Below, in pieces: positions 27,342 through 39,100 of a stretch of DNA of 64,000 nt. Numbering within the stretch: the stretch's first letter is position 1; each line of letters opens with the position of its first letter. The notes under the pieces are model-generated. The model did no database searches. It worked only from the letters and a program-made list of their open reading frames with translations, and was not told the origin of the DNA. The translations under genes were made by a program, and so were the position numbers. The stretch spans positions 45,282 to 109,281 of the forward strand of contig CAZSSD010000001.1 in assembly GCA_964609765.1 (NCBI GenBank). Direction: 5' to 3'. This DNA comes from an uncultured Candidatus Saccharibacteria bacterium. GTDB lineage: Bacteria > Patescibacteriota > Doudnabacteria > UBA920 > 2-02-FULL-46-11.

Positions 27342-27947
27342 CTATTTTCCGTACTCCCGACGGCCCTCGAGGGCGGAGGTGAGCGTGACTTCGTCCGCGT
27401 ACTCAAGTTCGCCGCCAATGGGCAAGCCCCTCGCGATGCGCGTTACGCGCACACCTATCTCTTTAAGCTGCTTGGCGATGTACATGGCCGTGGTCTCGCC
27501 CTCAAGATCGGCGTTGGTGGCGAGAATGACTTCTTTAACGGTTCCGTTTTGGACCTTGGCCAGGAGTTCATTTATTTTTAAATCTTCAGGGCCCACGCCG
27601 TCAATGGGGGCAATGCTGCCGCCCAAGACATGGTAAACTCCCTGATAATCGCCGGTTGATTCCAAGGCCACTACATCGAGGGGTTTTTCCACCACGGCAA
27701 TTATGCTCTTATCGCGCCGGCTGTCGCGGCATATTTCGCAAACACTGCCTTCAGACATCGTGTAGCACTCACGGCAATAGTCTATGCCGCCTTTGAGCTC
27801 TGATATGGCAGCACCAAACTCTTTCAAATCCGACTCGGCCCAGTTAAGCATGGCAAAAGAAAGACGGCCGGCGGTTTTAGGGCCGAGGCCGGGTAGTTTA
27901 GTGAACTGATCAATGAGTTTTTGTAGGGCTTTAGGCAGCTTAGACAT
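27342..27947 (-). CDS. recR: Recombination mediator RecR
   Basis: LPGLGPKTA.RL, C4 zinc finger, YHVLGG, EGETTA.Y, GLP.GGELEYAD..TL..A..GR. Confidence 0.97.
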   Translation of the reverse strand: MSKLPKALQKLIDQFTKLPGLGPKTAGRLSFAMLNWAESDLKEFGAAISELKGGIDYCRECYTMSEGSVCEICRDSRRDKSIIAVVEKPLDVVALESTGDYQGVYHVLGGSIAPIDGVGPEDLKINELLAKVQNGTVKEVILATNADLEGETTAMYIAKQLKEIGVRVTRIARGLPIGGELEYADEVTLTSALEGRREYGK

Positions 27948-29354
27948 TTAGAACGGACTGATTGTTTCCATCGCGGGCGGCGGCCCCGATGGCGTATCTT
28001 TGCCCAGGTTATGGAAAGTGACTTTTTCGGGGTCGAAGAATAATTCAACATCGCCGGTCGGGCCATTGCGGTGTTTTTTGATGAGTATCTGGGCCACGTT
28101 GGGTTTTCTGGATTCCGCGCCTTTGTAATAGTCTTCGCGGTAAATAAACATAACTACGTCAGCGTCTTGTTCAAGTGAGCCTGATTCGCGCAGATCAGAA
28201 AGCATGGGAATGGCCGGGTTGCGCTGTTCGGGGGCGCGGCTAAGCTGCGAGAGAGCCAAGACCGGGACATTAAGCTCGCGGGCGAGGGCTTTAAGCGATC
28301 TGGAAATTTCAGACACTTCCTGGACGCGATTGTCGGTGCCGGACATGCCGCGCATGAGCTGCAGATAATCGATAATAATTAAACCTAATTCGTGGTCGGC
28401 CTGCAGGCGGCGGGCTTTGGTGCGCAGCTCCATAACATTGGCCGAAGCGGTATCGTCAATAAAGATGGGCGCTTCCGCCAACCGGCCCATCGCGTGTTGA
28501 ATTTTAGCAAAGTCGTTATCGGGGCCCTCTTCGGAAAGTCTGCCGGTGCGCATCTTCCACATGTCTATGGCAGCCTCCGAAGCCAGCAATCTATCTACCA
28601 ACTGGTCGCGGCTCATTTCTAAAGAAAATATGGCTACGCCCACGCCGGCATGCGCGGCGTGTCTGGCCATATCCAGGGCCAGGCTTGTTTTACCCATCGA
28701 AGGCCTGGCCGCCAAAATAATCAGGTCCGATTTTTGCAGGCCGCCCAGCGTCCGGTCTAGATCGATGAAGCCGGTGGTAATACCGCGCAGTTTGCCTTTT
28801 TCGCGATGCAGTTCGTCAATGCGTTCAAAGGTTTCGTTCAGGGCCTCGGAGAGGTGAATAAAATTTTGCTTGAGATGCTTTTGCGAAACCGAGAAAATTT
28901 TCGTTTCGGCTTGGTCTAAAATTGTGCTGACGTCGCGTTCCTCATCATAGGCGATATTGGTGATATCGCTGGAAACTTTTATTAATTTGCGCAGCGTGCC
29001 TTTGCGTTTGACAATTTGCGCATAGTGAACCACGTGCGCGGCCGTGGGCACGGAATTAACGAGTTGGGTAAGGTAGGTGGTGCCACCCACGCCTTCCAGT
29101 TTGCCAAGATCGGTCAGGCGGTTGCCCACCGTGAGCACATCGATGCTGGATTTGGCTTGATATAAATCAAGCATGGCCCGATAGATAATGATGTGCTTGT
29201 CATAGTAAAAATCGTCCGCATCGATCAGATCGGCAACTTTAATAATGGCGTCTTTGTCTAACATTAAAGAGCCCAAAACCGACTGTTCGGCTTCAACATT
29301 TTGAGGAGGAATGCGCGGCGAGGCTACGCTGTAGTTTTGATTTTCTTGGGCCAT
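27948..29354 (-). CDS. dnaB: Replicative DNA helicase DnaB
   Basis: PPQN.EAEQSVLG, AARPSMGKT, IIDYLQLM, LSQLSR, DLRESGSLEQDAD, KHRNGPTG. Confidence 0.98.
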   Translation of the reverse strand: MAQENQNYSVASPRIPPQNVEAEQSVLGSLMLDKDAIIKVADLIDADDFYYDKHIIIYRAMLDLYQAKSSIDVLTVGNRLTDLGKLEGVGGTTYLTQLVNSVPTAAHVVHYAQIVKRKGTLRKLIKVSSDITNIAYDEERDVSTILDQAETKIFSVSQKHLKQNFIHLSEALNETFERIDELHREKGKLRGITTGFIDLDRTLGGLQKSDLIILAARPSMGKTSLALDMARHAAHAGVGVAIFSLEMSRDQLVDRLLASEAAIDMWKMRTGRLSEEGPDNDFAKIQHAMGRLAEAPIFIDDTASANVMELRTKARRLQADHELGLIIIDYLQLMRGMSGTDNRVQEVSEISRSLKALARELNVPVLALSQLSRAPEQRNPAIPMLSDLRESGSLEQDADVVMFIYREDYYKGAESRKPNVAQILIKKHRNGPTGDVELFFDPEKVTFHNLGKDTPSGPPPAMETISPF

Positions 29355-29410
29355 ATATAGCTTCAGTTTAGATCAGCGCCAGAATAGCTCAAAATGGGGA
29401 TATGTGGATA

Positions 29411-30793
29411 TCATTTAGGCCTGATTTTAGTGCCTTCTGGGGTGTCCTCGACGTTAAAACCGAGGTTTTCGATTTGGCCGCGGAGCGTATCTGATTCTTC
29501 CCAATTCTTGGCAACGCGGGCCTGATCCCGCTTTTTTGCAAGTGCATGCACTTCAGGCGGTATGGGCCGGGGTTTGAGGTTCGCCAAATCCAGGCCCAGC
29601 ACTTTTTCCATTTCATTAATGGTTGCTCTCTTGACGCTGTTGGGCAGTTGTGATTCGCGTATCAGTTCCCAAAGCAGAGCAATGGCGCCCGGCGTATCGA
29701 GGTTGTTTTCCAAAATCGCTCGAAAGCGTGCCAAAACGCCTTCGTCTGGCTCTGAAGGATCGTCGTATTCGGCAATGGCGGCGCGCAGGGCAGATCGGGC
29801 TTGTGATGCGGCGCGCAATCCTTCCCACGTGAAGTTTAATTTGTTTTGGTAGTGAGAGGTAAGGACTAAATACCTAAAATCAAAAGCACTAAAGCCCTTG
29901 GCTTTGAGATCGCTTAAGGTAAATAAATTACCGCGCGATTTGCTCATCTTTTGTCCCTCCACCAAAAGATGTTCGCCGTGCAGCCAGTAATTTGCAAGCG
30001 GTACCCCAAAGGCCGCCTCCGACTGGGCAATTTCGTTGGGGTGATGAGGGAACAAATGGTCGACGCCCCCGGTGTGAATATCAAAAGGTTGGCCCAAGAA
30101 TTTGCGGCTGATGGCCGAGCACTCAATGTGCCAGCCGGGAAAACCCTCTCCCCAAGGCGACTGCCAGCGCATAGCGTGATGCTCAAACCGCCCTACTGTT
30201 TTAAACCAGAGGGCAAAATCAGCGGGGTGTTTTTTGGAAGTTTCGGTGACAACTTCCTCGCGCGCGCCCTTAAGCATATTTTCAAATTTTTGGCCGATGA
30301 GCAATTCGTATTTTGGGAATTTAGCGATGTCAAAATAGATTGCTTCCGGCGTTTCGTAGGCCGAATTATTGTCCAGAAGTTTTTGCACAAGCTCGATTAT
30401 TTCCGGAATATGGCCGGTGGCTGGCGTAAGAATTTCCGGCCTGATCATATTCAGATCCGCCGTATCTTTGAGAAACACGTCAGTATAATGTTGGGCCACT
30501 TGCCAAACCGTTTTGTTTTGGATCCTGGCCCCTTTTTCGAGTTTGTCTTCGCCCTCATCCGCATCGGAAGTAAGGTGGCCAACGTCGGTAATATTCATAA
30601 CGCGCTTAACTCGGTAGCCCAGGTGTGCGAGTACCCGGTGAAGAATGTCGTAGAACAAAAAAGTGCGCATGTTGCCGATATGCGGATCAAGATAGACCGT
30701 CGGCCCGCACGTGTAAAGACGAACTTCATTGGCGGCAATCGGTATAAATTCGACAATCTCTTTTTTGTACGTATCGTATAATTTCAAGGCCAT
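29411..30793 (-). CDS. cysS: Cysteine--tRNA ligase
   Basis: [40 protein letters not shown]. Confidence 0.97.
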   Translation of the reverse strand: MALKLYDTYKKEIVEFIPIAANEVRLYTCGPTVYLDPHIGNMRTFLFYDILHRVLAHLGYRVKRVMNITDVGHLTSDADEGEDKLEKGARIQNKTVWQVAQHYTDVFLKDTADLNMIRPEILTPATGHIPEIIELVQKLLDNNSAYETPEAIYFDIAKFPKYELLIGQKFENMLKGAREEVVTETSKKHPADFALWFKTVGRFEHHAMRWQSPWGEGFPGWHIECSAISRKFLGQPFDIHTGGVDHLFPHHPNEIAQSEAAFGVPLANYWLHGEHLLVEGQKMSKSRGNLFTLSDLKAKGFSAFDFRYLVLTSHYQNKLNFTWEGLRAASQARSALRAAIAEYDDPSEPDEGVLARFRAILENNLDTPGAIALLWELIRESQLPNSVKRATINEMEKVLGLDLANLKPRPIPPEVHALAKKRDQARVAKNWEESDTLRGQIENLGFNVEDTPEGTKIRPK

Positions 30794-30914
30794 GCGCTAA
30801 TTGTATCTGTATTTTTTATTTTTTGCCATCCACTTGGCGTACGCGGTATCTTTTATGGTATAATAAAATCAGATTTTAAATATCCGAAACTAAGGAAAAT
30901 TATCACAAACCAAA

Positions 30915-33584
30915 ATGAGAAAGTTTAGGCCGGGAGCCGGAGACGGAAAAGACGAACAAGACGAAGGAGTTCGCTTTTGGGATCCGGAAGGCAAGCTGAA
31001 AAAAGTAACACCGGGCCGAATACGGGAAAAAGAGGGCAAAGAACCAAGCAGGCCTATTTTTATTAGAGGGTCCATGGAGAAGCCGGAATTTTTTCCCTAT
31101 GGCTACGACCAGCCATGGTTATCAGAACGCACCGCCGGCCTAGACAAGCTAACAGTACCCGAGCTTGAAGTCGAATTGAGCAAACTTGAACTCCTTTTGG
31201 AAGGCCTTAACCGCGGTGAAGCCCAAAGAAAGGGCAGTTTCCGAGAGCAATTATTGCTGGCTGAACGGATAAGCGCGATTAAGGCATTATTGGCAACCGC
31301 TGATAGAATCAAGCCCATGGCCGCGGAAAGTAAGGTTGCAGATACGTCATCTGTTGTTGAGCAGGTTTTCGAGCATCCAGAAGTTATTGAACAAGAGCCC
31401 ATACTCGTCGAGCTTATTAGAAAACATGTAATTCAAGACCTTAAGGAATTAAGCCAAAAGGAGCTCGATATGGAGGCCACGGCGATGGTTCAGGAGATAA
31501 GGGCCTTGGGTCTGCGTAAAAAAATTGAACCGCGGTTAGAGCAGGCCTACGAGTGGGTCTTGGCTGAAAAGGAGAACCGCCTCAAGGCCAACAGGCTTGA
31601 GGGTGATGATTTTACGCCTCCGGTTGATGCCACAGAGCGTTTTGTGATCCCGGCCGCATATTTGAGCAATCCTGATTTGGCGTTGTATCCCGCCGCCTTG
31701 GTTCGCGAATCAGACCAAGCCGAATTGGAGGGCTTGCGGGACCATGTTGCCAGTCAGATTAAAGATGCGGAAGAATGGCCGGACTCTAAGAAAAAAAGGG
31801 CAATGTTTGCCATACTCAAGAGGCGCCTAGAACAACTGGAATCTGAAATACAAAGTCGCCTGCAGCGACTGGAATCTCAAAAACAAAGGCGTGATGCCAA
31901 AATAAGAGCTGAAGAAGAAAAGTATTGGCACGGGCCAAAAATCCTATATGATGGCCGTGAAAAAGAACTGACTCTGGAAGAGCAAGTTGCCTGGTTGGCC
32001 AGCGAGATTAGGCATGCGAGCACCCGGATGCTGAAAACCAAAGCACAAGTGGAGCCGCGCGAGCGATACATTTCCCAACTTAAAAAAGCACTTATCAGAA
32101 AACAAGAAGAGTTGGTTGTAACCAAACGATATGTGGGCGAACCAAATGGCGAGCCTGCGGCCGAGCCCGCGGGGGAAGCGGGCGAGGTGGCTAGACCCGC
32201 GGCCATAGATTGGCGCGCTGACTTAAGCGACGAAATCGAGCGGGGTACCATCAATCTCCCTTCTGCGCAGGAGTTGGAGGGCTCCACGCCCGATCAGCTC
32301 AACGGCATTGTCACTAAAGTATTGCCCTCTATTCGAAGGCGGCTGACCCGCGATCATCAGGAGGACCCGGCCGAACTGCGTAGAAAATTAGATGCGGTTA
32401 CGGCCTATGAGGAGCAGGTTTTAGCGCCTGTTTTGCAAGTGGTTCAGGACCGAGCCAACCAAGCTAAAAGCAAGCCGGCGACCGAAGCGCGGGCTGAAAA
32501 TGACGCTACTCCCGTTACTGAAAAACCTACTCCTGCCAGCCGAGGGCGCGGCCGGCCTCGAAAGGAAGTCCAAGCAGAAGATCAAAGCACCGTTAGACTT
32601 CGCCAAAAACTCGCTGATCTGAATACAGAAATCGAAACCAGAGAGCGCCAGAAGGCAGAACTGGTAGAGCGGCAGAAGCGGCTGACCGCAGCTTTTGATA
32701 ATTTAAAGGAGTTGAGAGACTTTATAGATACAATCGAACTCGGCCAGGGCGAACCTACCGAGAAAGAAACGCAAGCGGTTGACCAACTTGTTCGCAAAGC
32801 CTTTGCCGCGCTTAACAGCCTGGTTCTGGTAGAATATACATCACTTGACTACCGCAAAAAAATAGAAAAAGGCAAAAAGGAAATTCTAAAGTTAAGGTTG
32901 GAACCGGGCAAGTTAATAGATGTTGATTTTGTCAAAATGGAAGCTCGCGCCGAAAACGGCGATTTATTGGATACACTATTCGTTTCCGCGGACGGACAAC
33001 TGGGGCTCAACAGACCAAAGCAAAAGCCTATCCGGGAGGTGGAAGCCATGCGTATTATTTTGGGCGATCTTAGGGCGATCGCATTGAATTTTAGAGATTT
33101 GGTTGGCAGTGAAAGGGTTCAAGTTCGTAGGGAACTTGGTTATTTGGGGGATAAGGTGCTTGCACCACTTTATGCGGCGCGCGATAAATTTATCGGCATG
33201 CTCGCTACCCGAAGACCCGAGCAGGCAGCGGCAGGAGAAAAAGGTAAAAGTGGGCGACCGGGTAAGCGCGAGGGCAGAAAAGAAGTTCCGCCTCGTTCCG
33301 CGCAAGCTGTTCCGGCCGAGACTCCTCCAGCACCCGAAGCTCGAGCCAGCGGCAATGAAACCGATGCCGAGAAAATCCGCAAAAGCTTCGCTTCGTTATT
33401 TGCGGTAGCGGCGCGGCGAGCCGGTGGGGTGGGCAAAACTTTTAGCATCCAAGGGCCGCAAGGTGTTATTAGTGGTGAAATGTTGGACATGCATAGTATT
33501 TCGGTGGCGCGTAAAACTCCCGAAGGCCAAGAGGTCGAAAAAGGCATCATTACCAACGACGGGCACTTTATTCCCAGCAAGTAA
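30915..33584 (+). CDS. Large hypothetical coiled-coil protein (889 aa)
   Basis: Long ORF, charged and helical; contains RGRGRPRK (AT-hook-like). Confidence 0.8.
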   Translation: MRKFRPGAGDGKDEQDEGVRFWDPEGKLKKVTPGRIREKEGKEPSRPIFIRGSMEKPEFFPYGYDQPWLSERTAGLDKLTVPELEVELSKLELLLEGLNRGEAQRKGSFREQLLLAERISAIKALLATADRIKPMAAESKVADTSSVVEQVFEHPEVIEQEPILVELIRKHVIQDLKELSQKELDMEATAMVQEIRALGLRKKIEPRLEQAYEWVLAEKENRLKANRLEGDDFTPPVDATERFVIPAAYLSNPDLALYPAALVRESDQAELEGLRDHVASQIKDAEEWPDSKKKRAMFAILKRRLEQLESEIQSRLQRLESQKQRRDAKIRAEEEKYWHGPKILYDGREKELTLEEQVAWLASEIRHASTRMLKTKAQVEPRERYISQLKKALIRKQEELVVTKRYVGEPNGEPAAEPAGEAGEVARPAAIDWRADLSDEIERGTINLPSAQELEGSTPDQLNGIVTKVLPSIRRRLTRDHQEDPAELRRKLDAVTAYEEQVLAPVLQVVQDRANQAKSKPATEARAENDATPVTEKPTPASRGRGRPRKEVQAEDQSTVRLRQKLADLNTEIETRERQKAELVERQKRLTAAFDNLKELRDFIDTIELGQGEPTEKETQAVDQLVRKAFAALNSLVLVEYTSLDYRKKIEKGKKEILKLRLEPGKLIDVDFVKMEARAENGDLLDTLFVSADGQLGLNRPKQKPIREVEAMRIILGDLRAIALNFRDLVGSERVQVRRELGYLGDKVLAPLYAARDKFIGMLATRRPEQAAAGEKGKSGRPGKREGRKEVPPRSAQAVPAETPPAPEARASGNETDAEKIRKSFASLFAVAARRAGGVGKTFSIQGPQGVISGEMLDMHSISVARKTPEGQEVEKGIITNDGHFIPSK

Positions 33585-33598
33585 TTTACCTACTCAAA

Positions 33599-36199
33599 AT
33601 GTCAGATCCTATTCAACCGGGTTCGCCAATTGATCCTACTTCAGCCGAGACAGGCAGTGAGCTTTCTGACGCAGCTCATCTAGTCTCTAGTTTGCGTCAA
33701 AACATTGAAGAGGTTTCGGCTATGGTTGCCGGCGTTTCCGCAAAGAAAGCGCCTTTGGCTGATTTTTTCCCCATTTGGCAGCGTGTTAAGCAGATACGTG
33801 AACAATTTAAACAGTTACCTGATGTCCCGCTTTGGCAGGACGAACAAACGCAATTATACGAGGCCTATGAAGCCATTCGTTATGGCCGCTATCAAGAATT
33901 TTTACGCGGTGCACTTGCTGACGCCCTTCAAGAGCTAAATCCCGATTGGCCTGAATCAGAAGTAAATCGCTACCGCAACACAATGTCTTTGCCAGAAATG
34001 CAGGATAAAGTTCTCAATGCTGCAAGACTGGTACGTAGATTGAACGAGAATTTAGATTTTCTCCGGGGCGTACTATCTCACGCACCCGAGCTTAAAATTT
34101 TGGAAAATATGGAGACTTTGCTCGCGGCCCAAAGCGAAATTGAAGACATTATAGATCAGTTGCAAAGCACTCTTGAAAGCGGCACCACGCCAATCAATAC
34201 GGGCTTAGTGGCGGAGTTGCGCGAGCGCGTTAATAATGTAAAAAAAGACCTCGCAGATTTAAACCGAAAAGCATCAGAGGAGGGTCAAGTTCAGCCTGCT
34301 GCAGAGTCGGCGCCAGTGGAAACAGAACAGCCAGTTCCGGCTGTAGTTACTGTCGAGCCGTCTGCGGCAACGCCGTCGGCGGAGCGGGAAGCCATTGAAA
34401 TAACCGGTTCGCTGGCTAAAAAAATGGAAAATATTTACGCCAACTTGCAGGACAAGGGTGTTAATGTTCCATATGGGTTATACCATTTTGAATTTAACGG
34501 GACCGATGTAGCTTTCTATGTAACTGCTGATTTTGAGGGTCAGGGCCGGTATGTGGGAATAACATCTACCGAAAAAGGACGCTCGGTACAGGTTGATTTC
34601 CGGCTCTATCTTGATTTGGGCAAAGTTGAATTACGTAAAGGAAGCGACAAACAAATTGTAACCGGCGAGCCGGCCATGGCTACGCTCGAGGACCTATTGG
34701 TTAAGCTGGAAAGCGGTACGGGTAAAAAATTTATAAGCGAACCGGCCCGGACTGTGGCGGAAACCCAAGAGCCTTCGCCCACGGATTTGGACGCAGCTTT
34801 GCTACACGAGCAGGAGGAACCGGCTATGCCCGAGGCCGCGGTAACAGAGGCAAGAGAAATTGGGCGGCCGCAGCCTGCTGAAATTGCCGCATCGGGATGG
34901 GAGAATCTTGTTATGCCGTCAACTTCGCTGCGGGCGCCGCTCAATGTTATAGAGCGATCGGACGGCACCCATGCTATCTACATCAGAGCAGGCGCGGAAA
35001 TAGACCACATAGCTGTCGGCGGCATCAGACATAATTTATTTCCTGAAGCCGAGGCTTATGAAAGATTAGAAACAATTGAACCGGCCATAGTGCGCATTCA
35101 GCCCACCACAACCGCCGGCGAAGTCACCTATAGCGTGGTCAAGCAAGGCGTGGTCAAGCAAGCTGGAGAAGCTGAACTAAGACCGGCCTCTCCCTCTGGC
35201 CTGGCCGCGCAACCCGCTTTGGGCGCAGAAATAATTGCGGAAGCGCCGACAACCGAGATGGAACCGGCGCCGGTTGAGGCGACTCCGACCCCGCAAGCCC
35301 CACCTGCTCCCGAGGAACGCGAAGAAGATGTAGCGGCAGTTCCTGATGCTGCCCAACCCGAACCAGAACCCCAACCAGAACCAGAACCTATTAGACCGGA
35401 ACGGCAGCAAACTTTTGATATGGCGGAATTTGCCGCGCTGGCGGCTGAATTCGCGCGGGAGGCGGATAAAGAAGATTATTACACCTGGGAAATGGGTCTT
35501 GCCCGCTTACCCCAAGAGCTTATCGACAGTTCAGAAGAGAGATTAAAACGAATCAGAGTGATTATTGATGAGTTTGGGCATTTAATTGGGCTAGAGGCAA
35601 AAGTTAAAGATGATTTAGGTTACGAGCTTCGTATTTCTGTTCAAAAAAGCGCTTTCAGTAGTTCGGCAAAAGACGGCGTGCGGGTAGTTTTAAACTTTGC
35701 CGACAAGGATATGAAAAGCATAACCTGGAATTTTGTCGACGATGGCTATATTTCTTTTAGCGGATGGTTGGGTAAAGACCCTTTACCTGATTTTGCCAGC
35801 AAACACAATCTGACTAGTGTCCAAAAGGATGCTCTGGCTGTTTCTGAATTTGAAAGATTGATTATGCCCCTAAAGGGGCGGCTTGAGGAAGTTGATAAAC
35901 AAAAACAGATAGCCGCCGCCGAAGCAGAACTAGAAAAAGAAAGAGAAAAAGAAAGAGACGACTATGAGCCGATAACTAGGGAGCAGAGATTAGTAAATCA
36001 AACGAAGTATAATAGGTTAGCGCCGCTTGCGGCTAAAGCTAAAAACGGCAGACTTGAACTTCCTAATGGACAAGTTTTGGAATTCTTGCCCGAGGCGGGC
36101 GAGAGCAGGCACAGAAATATTTTAGTAATTAACGAGGCAGATGGGACCTATGTAGTTATTGACGAAGAAGGCCATCGTCTGGCTATTGATTTAGAATGA
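33599..36199 (+). CDS. Large hypothetical acidic protein (866 aa) with Pro/Ala/Glu linkers
   Basis: Long ORF; globular-looking segments alternate with PE/PA-rich linkers. Confidence 0.8.
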   Translation: MSDPIQPGSPIDPTSAETGSELSDAAHLVSSLRQNIEEVSAMVAGVSAKKAPLADFFPIWQRVKQIREQFKQLPDVPLWQDEQTQLYEAYEAIRYGRYQEFLRGALADALQELNPDWPESEVNRYRNTMSLPEMQDKVLNAARLVRRLNENLDFLRGVLSHAPELKILENMETLLAAQSEIEDIIDQLQSTLESGTTPINTGLVAELRERVNNVKKDLADLNRKASEEGQVQPAAESAPVETEQPVPAVVTVEPSAATPSAEREAIEITGSLAKKMENIYANLQDKGVNVPYGLYHFEFNGTDVAFYVTADFEGQGRYVGITSTEKGRSVQVDFRLYLDLGKVELRKGSDKQIVTGEPAMATLEDLLVKLESGTGKKFISEPARTVAETQEPSPTDLDAALLHEQEEPAMPEAAVTEAREIGRPQPAEIAASGWENLVMPSTSLRAPLNVIERSDGTHAIYIRAGAEIDHIAVGGIRHNLFPEAEAYERLETIEPAIVRIQPTTTAGEVTYSVVKQGVVKQAGEAELRPASPSGLAAQPALGAEIIAEAPTTEMEPAPVEATPTPQAPPAPEEREEDVAAVPDAAQPEPEPQPEPEPIRPERQQTFDMAEFAALAAEFAREADKEDYYTWEMGLARLPQELIDSSEERLKRIRVIIDEFGHLIGLEAKVKDDLGYELRISVQKSAFSSSAKDGVRVVLNFADKDMKSITWNFVDDGYISFSGWLGKDPLPDFASKHNLTSVQKDALAVSEFERLIMPLKGRLEEVDKQKQIAAAEAELEKEREKERDDYEPITREQRLVNQTKYNRLAPLAAKAKNGRLELPNGQVLEFLPEAGESRHRNILVINEADGTYVVIDEEGHRLAIDLE

Positions 36200-39100
36200 G
36201 CAGTCACAACCAAGATTCCGAATTGGATGAATTAGAAAGAATGGCGCGCGAAGCGTTGCGAGCTCAAGGCGTGGACCCGGATGCTGCGTCGTCTGACGCT
36301 GAAGTTCCTTTATCGCCAAGCGAGCCGGCAAAGCCGCGCCGAAGGCGCGCAAGTGGCGCTGCGGCGGACGCCTTAGTGGCGCGGGCAGGGACCAGTTCGG
36401 GTTTATCCGAACCAGCGGTTCCGCCTGTACCCGAGGCAGCCCCGATGCCGCAAGCAGCGCCAAAGCGTAGGAGGGCTAGTGGTCAGGAAGCGGACGATCT
36501 GGTCAGCAGGGCTGGCGCTCCTACCGCCCAGCCGCCGAGAGTGAGAGTAGCAGAAACCAAGTCGGAGCCAACAATACCCGAGCCCGTGCCGGTCGCTCCC
36601 ATACCGCGTATAGAAAGTCCGTGGCTTGAGCCCGCGGCCGCCAAACCGCCGGAGCAAAAGACGGCCGGGGATGAAGAAATTATTGATCGCGAAACAATGG
36701 AGGAGATGCGCGGGCGCATTGAATCGGACCTCTCAACCCTGTCTCAAATGTCCGAGCCCGAGCTTGATCGGGTAAAGATTTCTATCGAGTCTTTTCAGAG
36801 ATTTACGGCTGATAAGGATTTACAGACAATTGAGCTGCATTGTTTTATAGCGGACGCGCTTTCACGGGTGGAAAGCGCGCGCCTGAAATTGAGAAATGGC
36901 GGAGATAAGAGATTGCCAGCGGAACAGGAGCCAACCAGGCCAGAAACGGAACTGGAAAGAGAATTGCGAGGCGTCATGGCTGAAGTTTTGTCTGAAGTCG
37001 GTTTAAGGCCAGATGAGGTCAAGGCCATAGATTTTGGAAAAATCTGGGCCTACCTTAAGAAAGTTGGGGGAACAAAAATAGATCTTAAAGATATGCTGAT
37101 TGCCGGCGGTCCGGCCATCGTTGTTGCGGGTATTTTGCGCTGGACATTACGGACTAAACTGGGCTGGGCACCGGAAACAGCCGGCGCCGTGGTGGGCGGC
37201 CTGTTCGGCTTGGCCAGGGGTATAAGCGCCGAAGATAGGCGCCAGCAGACGCGCCGGACAAAATATCAGGAAATTCTGCACGAGTTTACGGCCACGGGCG
37301 GATTTGACGGCTTGTGGGCAATGGCTGATAAGGATATTTTAAAGGCCATGACTACGGTTTTGGCCATGCGCAAGACAGTGGAAAAGGCCGAGGGCGAGCT
37401 TGACCCGGCACGTTATCAGGAATTGACGGATTTAATCACCAAGCAGGAGATTTTACTATTGCGCCGGAAAGAGTTGCGGGAGAGCCAAGGCGTGGAACGC
37501 TTGGTTAAATTTATGGCGGTGACGCGCGGTGTAAACCTTGATGGCTTGCAAAGCCAGCGTAAATTACTGCTGCACCGTTTTATTCTAGACCGGACTGTCG
37601 GCGCTGAAGTAAAAATAGCGGCCGGACAGCGGCGGGATTATAAAGCCGTGGCCGGCAAGGCCGTGGCCGGTGCGGCCATTGGCTGGAGCATGGCGGCTTT
37701 GACTGATTTGCTCTTTGATTGGGCAAGAGTCCGATTTTTTAGCGGTGCCCCGGCCGAAGCGGCGCCGGAGGGTGCCGGACCGAGTGAAGCACCAACCGGA
37801 GCGGAAGGAGCGCCTGCCGAGCCAACCACACCTCCGGCTGAAACAACTGACACGTCAACTGCGCCCACTCCCACAGAGCAGCCGCCAGCGCCGAAACCAG
37901 ACATAAAAGCAGCACCGGCGCCCGCCGCGGCTGAACCGGCTGAACCTACTACGCCCGCTGCCGGCGACTTAGAGCGTGCTTTAACGGCCGCGTCGGACCG
38001 AGCCCAAGACATAGTCAAAGAAGCGCGCGAAGCGGCCGCCGCCGCGCGCGCGGCCATGGCCAATGCGCCGAGCGAACAAGCTCGTACCGCTGCTGAACTC
38101 GCGGCCCAAAAAGCGGAGGCCGCCGCCCAAGCCGCCGAGCGAGCCGCGGCTGAAGTAGGCAGGGCCACTACGCGCGAAGCGGCGCAAAAGGCGCTTCGGG
38201 AAGTGGCCGGCAAAGTGGCGGAAGCGCAAATGGAGCAGCAAGCGGCCGAGGCGGCCACGGCCGCAGGCAAGGCCATTGAAATTGCGGGCGAAAAGATTGT
38301 GATACCCGGGACGCTCATGGATGTCACGAGCGAGGCCGGCAAAAACGGCATCTCCTATCTGGTGCGGGATCAGCTTGAATATATTGCCGACCAAGTTAAG
38401 GGTAATGCGGAAGTGTTGCAAAAGATATTCGGTCCGAGCATTGATGCCGCGGATGTGGCCGAGCGATCGGCGGACTTTAGGCAGGCTTTGCGGGAAAAAA
38501 TGTTTGCGGTTTTGGAAAACAATGAGGTGGACGGTAAAACCATTCTTAAGTTAGATGAGGCAGGGAAGGTAATTTCTGAAGTACGTTTAGGCGCCGCTGA
38601 TGTTAATACCGTGTCCATAGAATACGACCCCTCTAATCCGAGTGGCTTTGCGGTGAAGGTCGAACCGCCGACCTATGTTGAACCTGTTGCGCCGGCCCAA
38701 CCTCTCGCGCCGCCAGCAGAAGCGGCGGCGTCACCGGCCGCCTGGCCGAGGAAATTTTCGCTTGAAGACTTACTGAAGTTCAGAGAGGCCGTTAATTCGC
38801 CCAATTTCCCGGAGTCGGTAGATAAATTGGGCGGGCATTTTAATCTTCAAGAGCCGTCCTTGCCGCCGGACGGAGTTCCGCAGCCGCCTGATTATTTGCG
38901 CGAGGATTTCTGGCAGGGCCACGCGCCAACTAAAATGGGTCTTTTATTCGAGGCGCCCACGACAGCCATGGCCGCGGCGCGCCTGTGGTTTTTAGGAAGT
39001 ATGGTCAGCGCCGGACTTTACGGCGCGCATGAGGCCACTCAAGCCGTCGTCTCCCGAGTCTCGTCAAAGACTGAAAAAACTCCCGGGGCCGGCCTTGCCC

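Noticed and set aside
29951-30781. 276-aa + strand ORF
   Set aside because: Antisense shadow of cysS.
35133-35162. 15-bp tandem duplication GCGTGGTCAAGCAAG in the 866-aa gene
   Set aside because: Two in-frame units only; ordinary slippage, not an array.
37638-38351. 237-aa - strand Ala/Ser-rich ORF
   Set aside because: Antisense shadow of the Ala-rich part of the 1101-aa gene.
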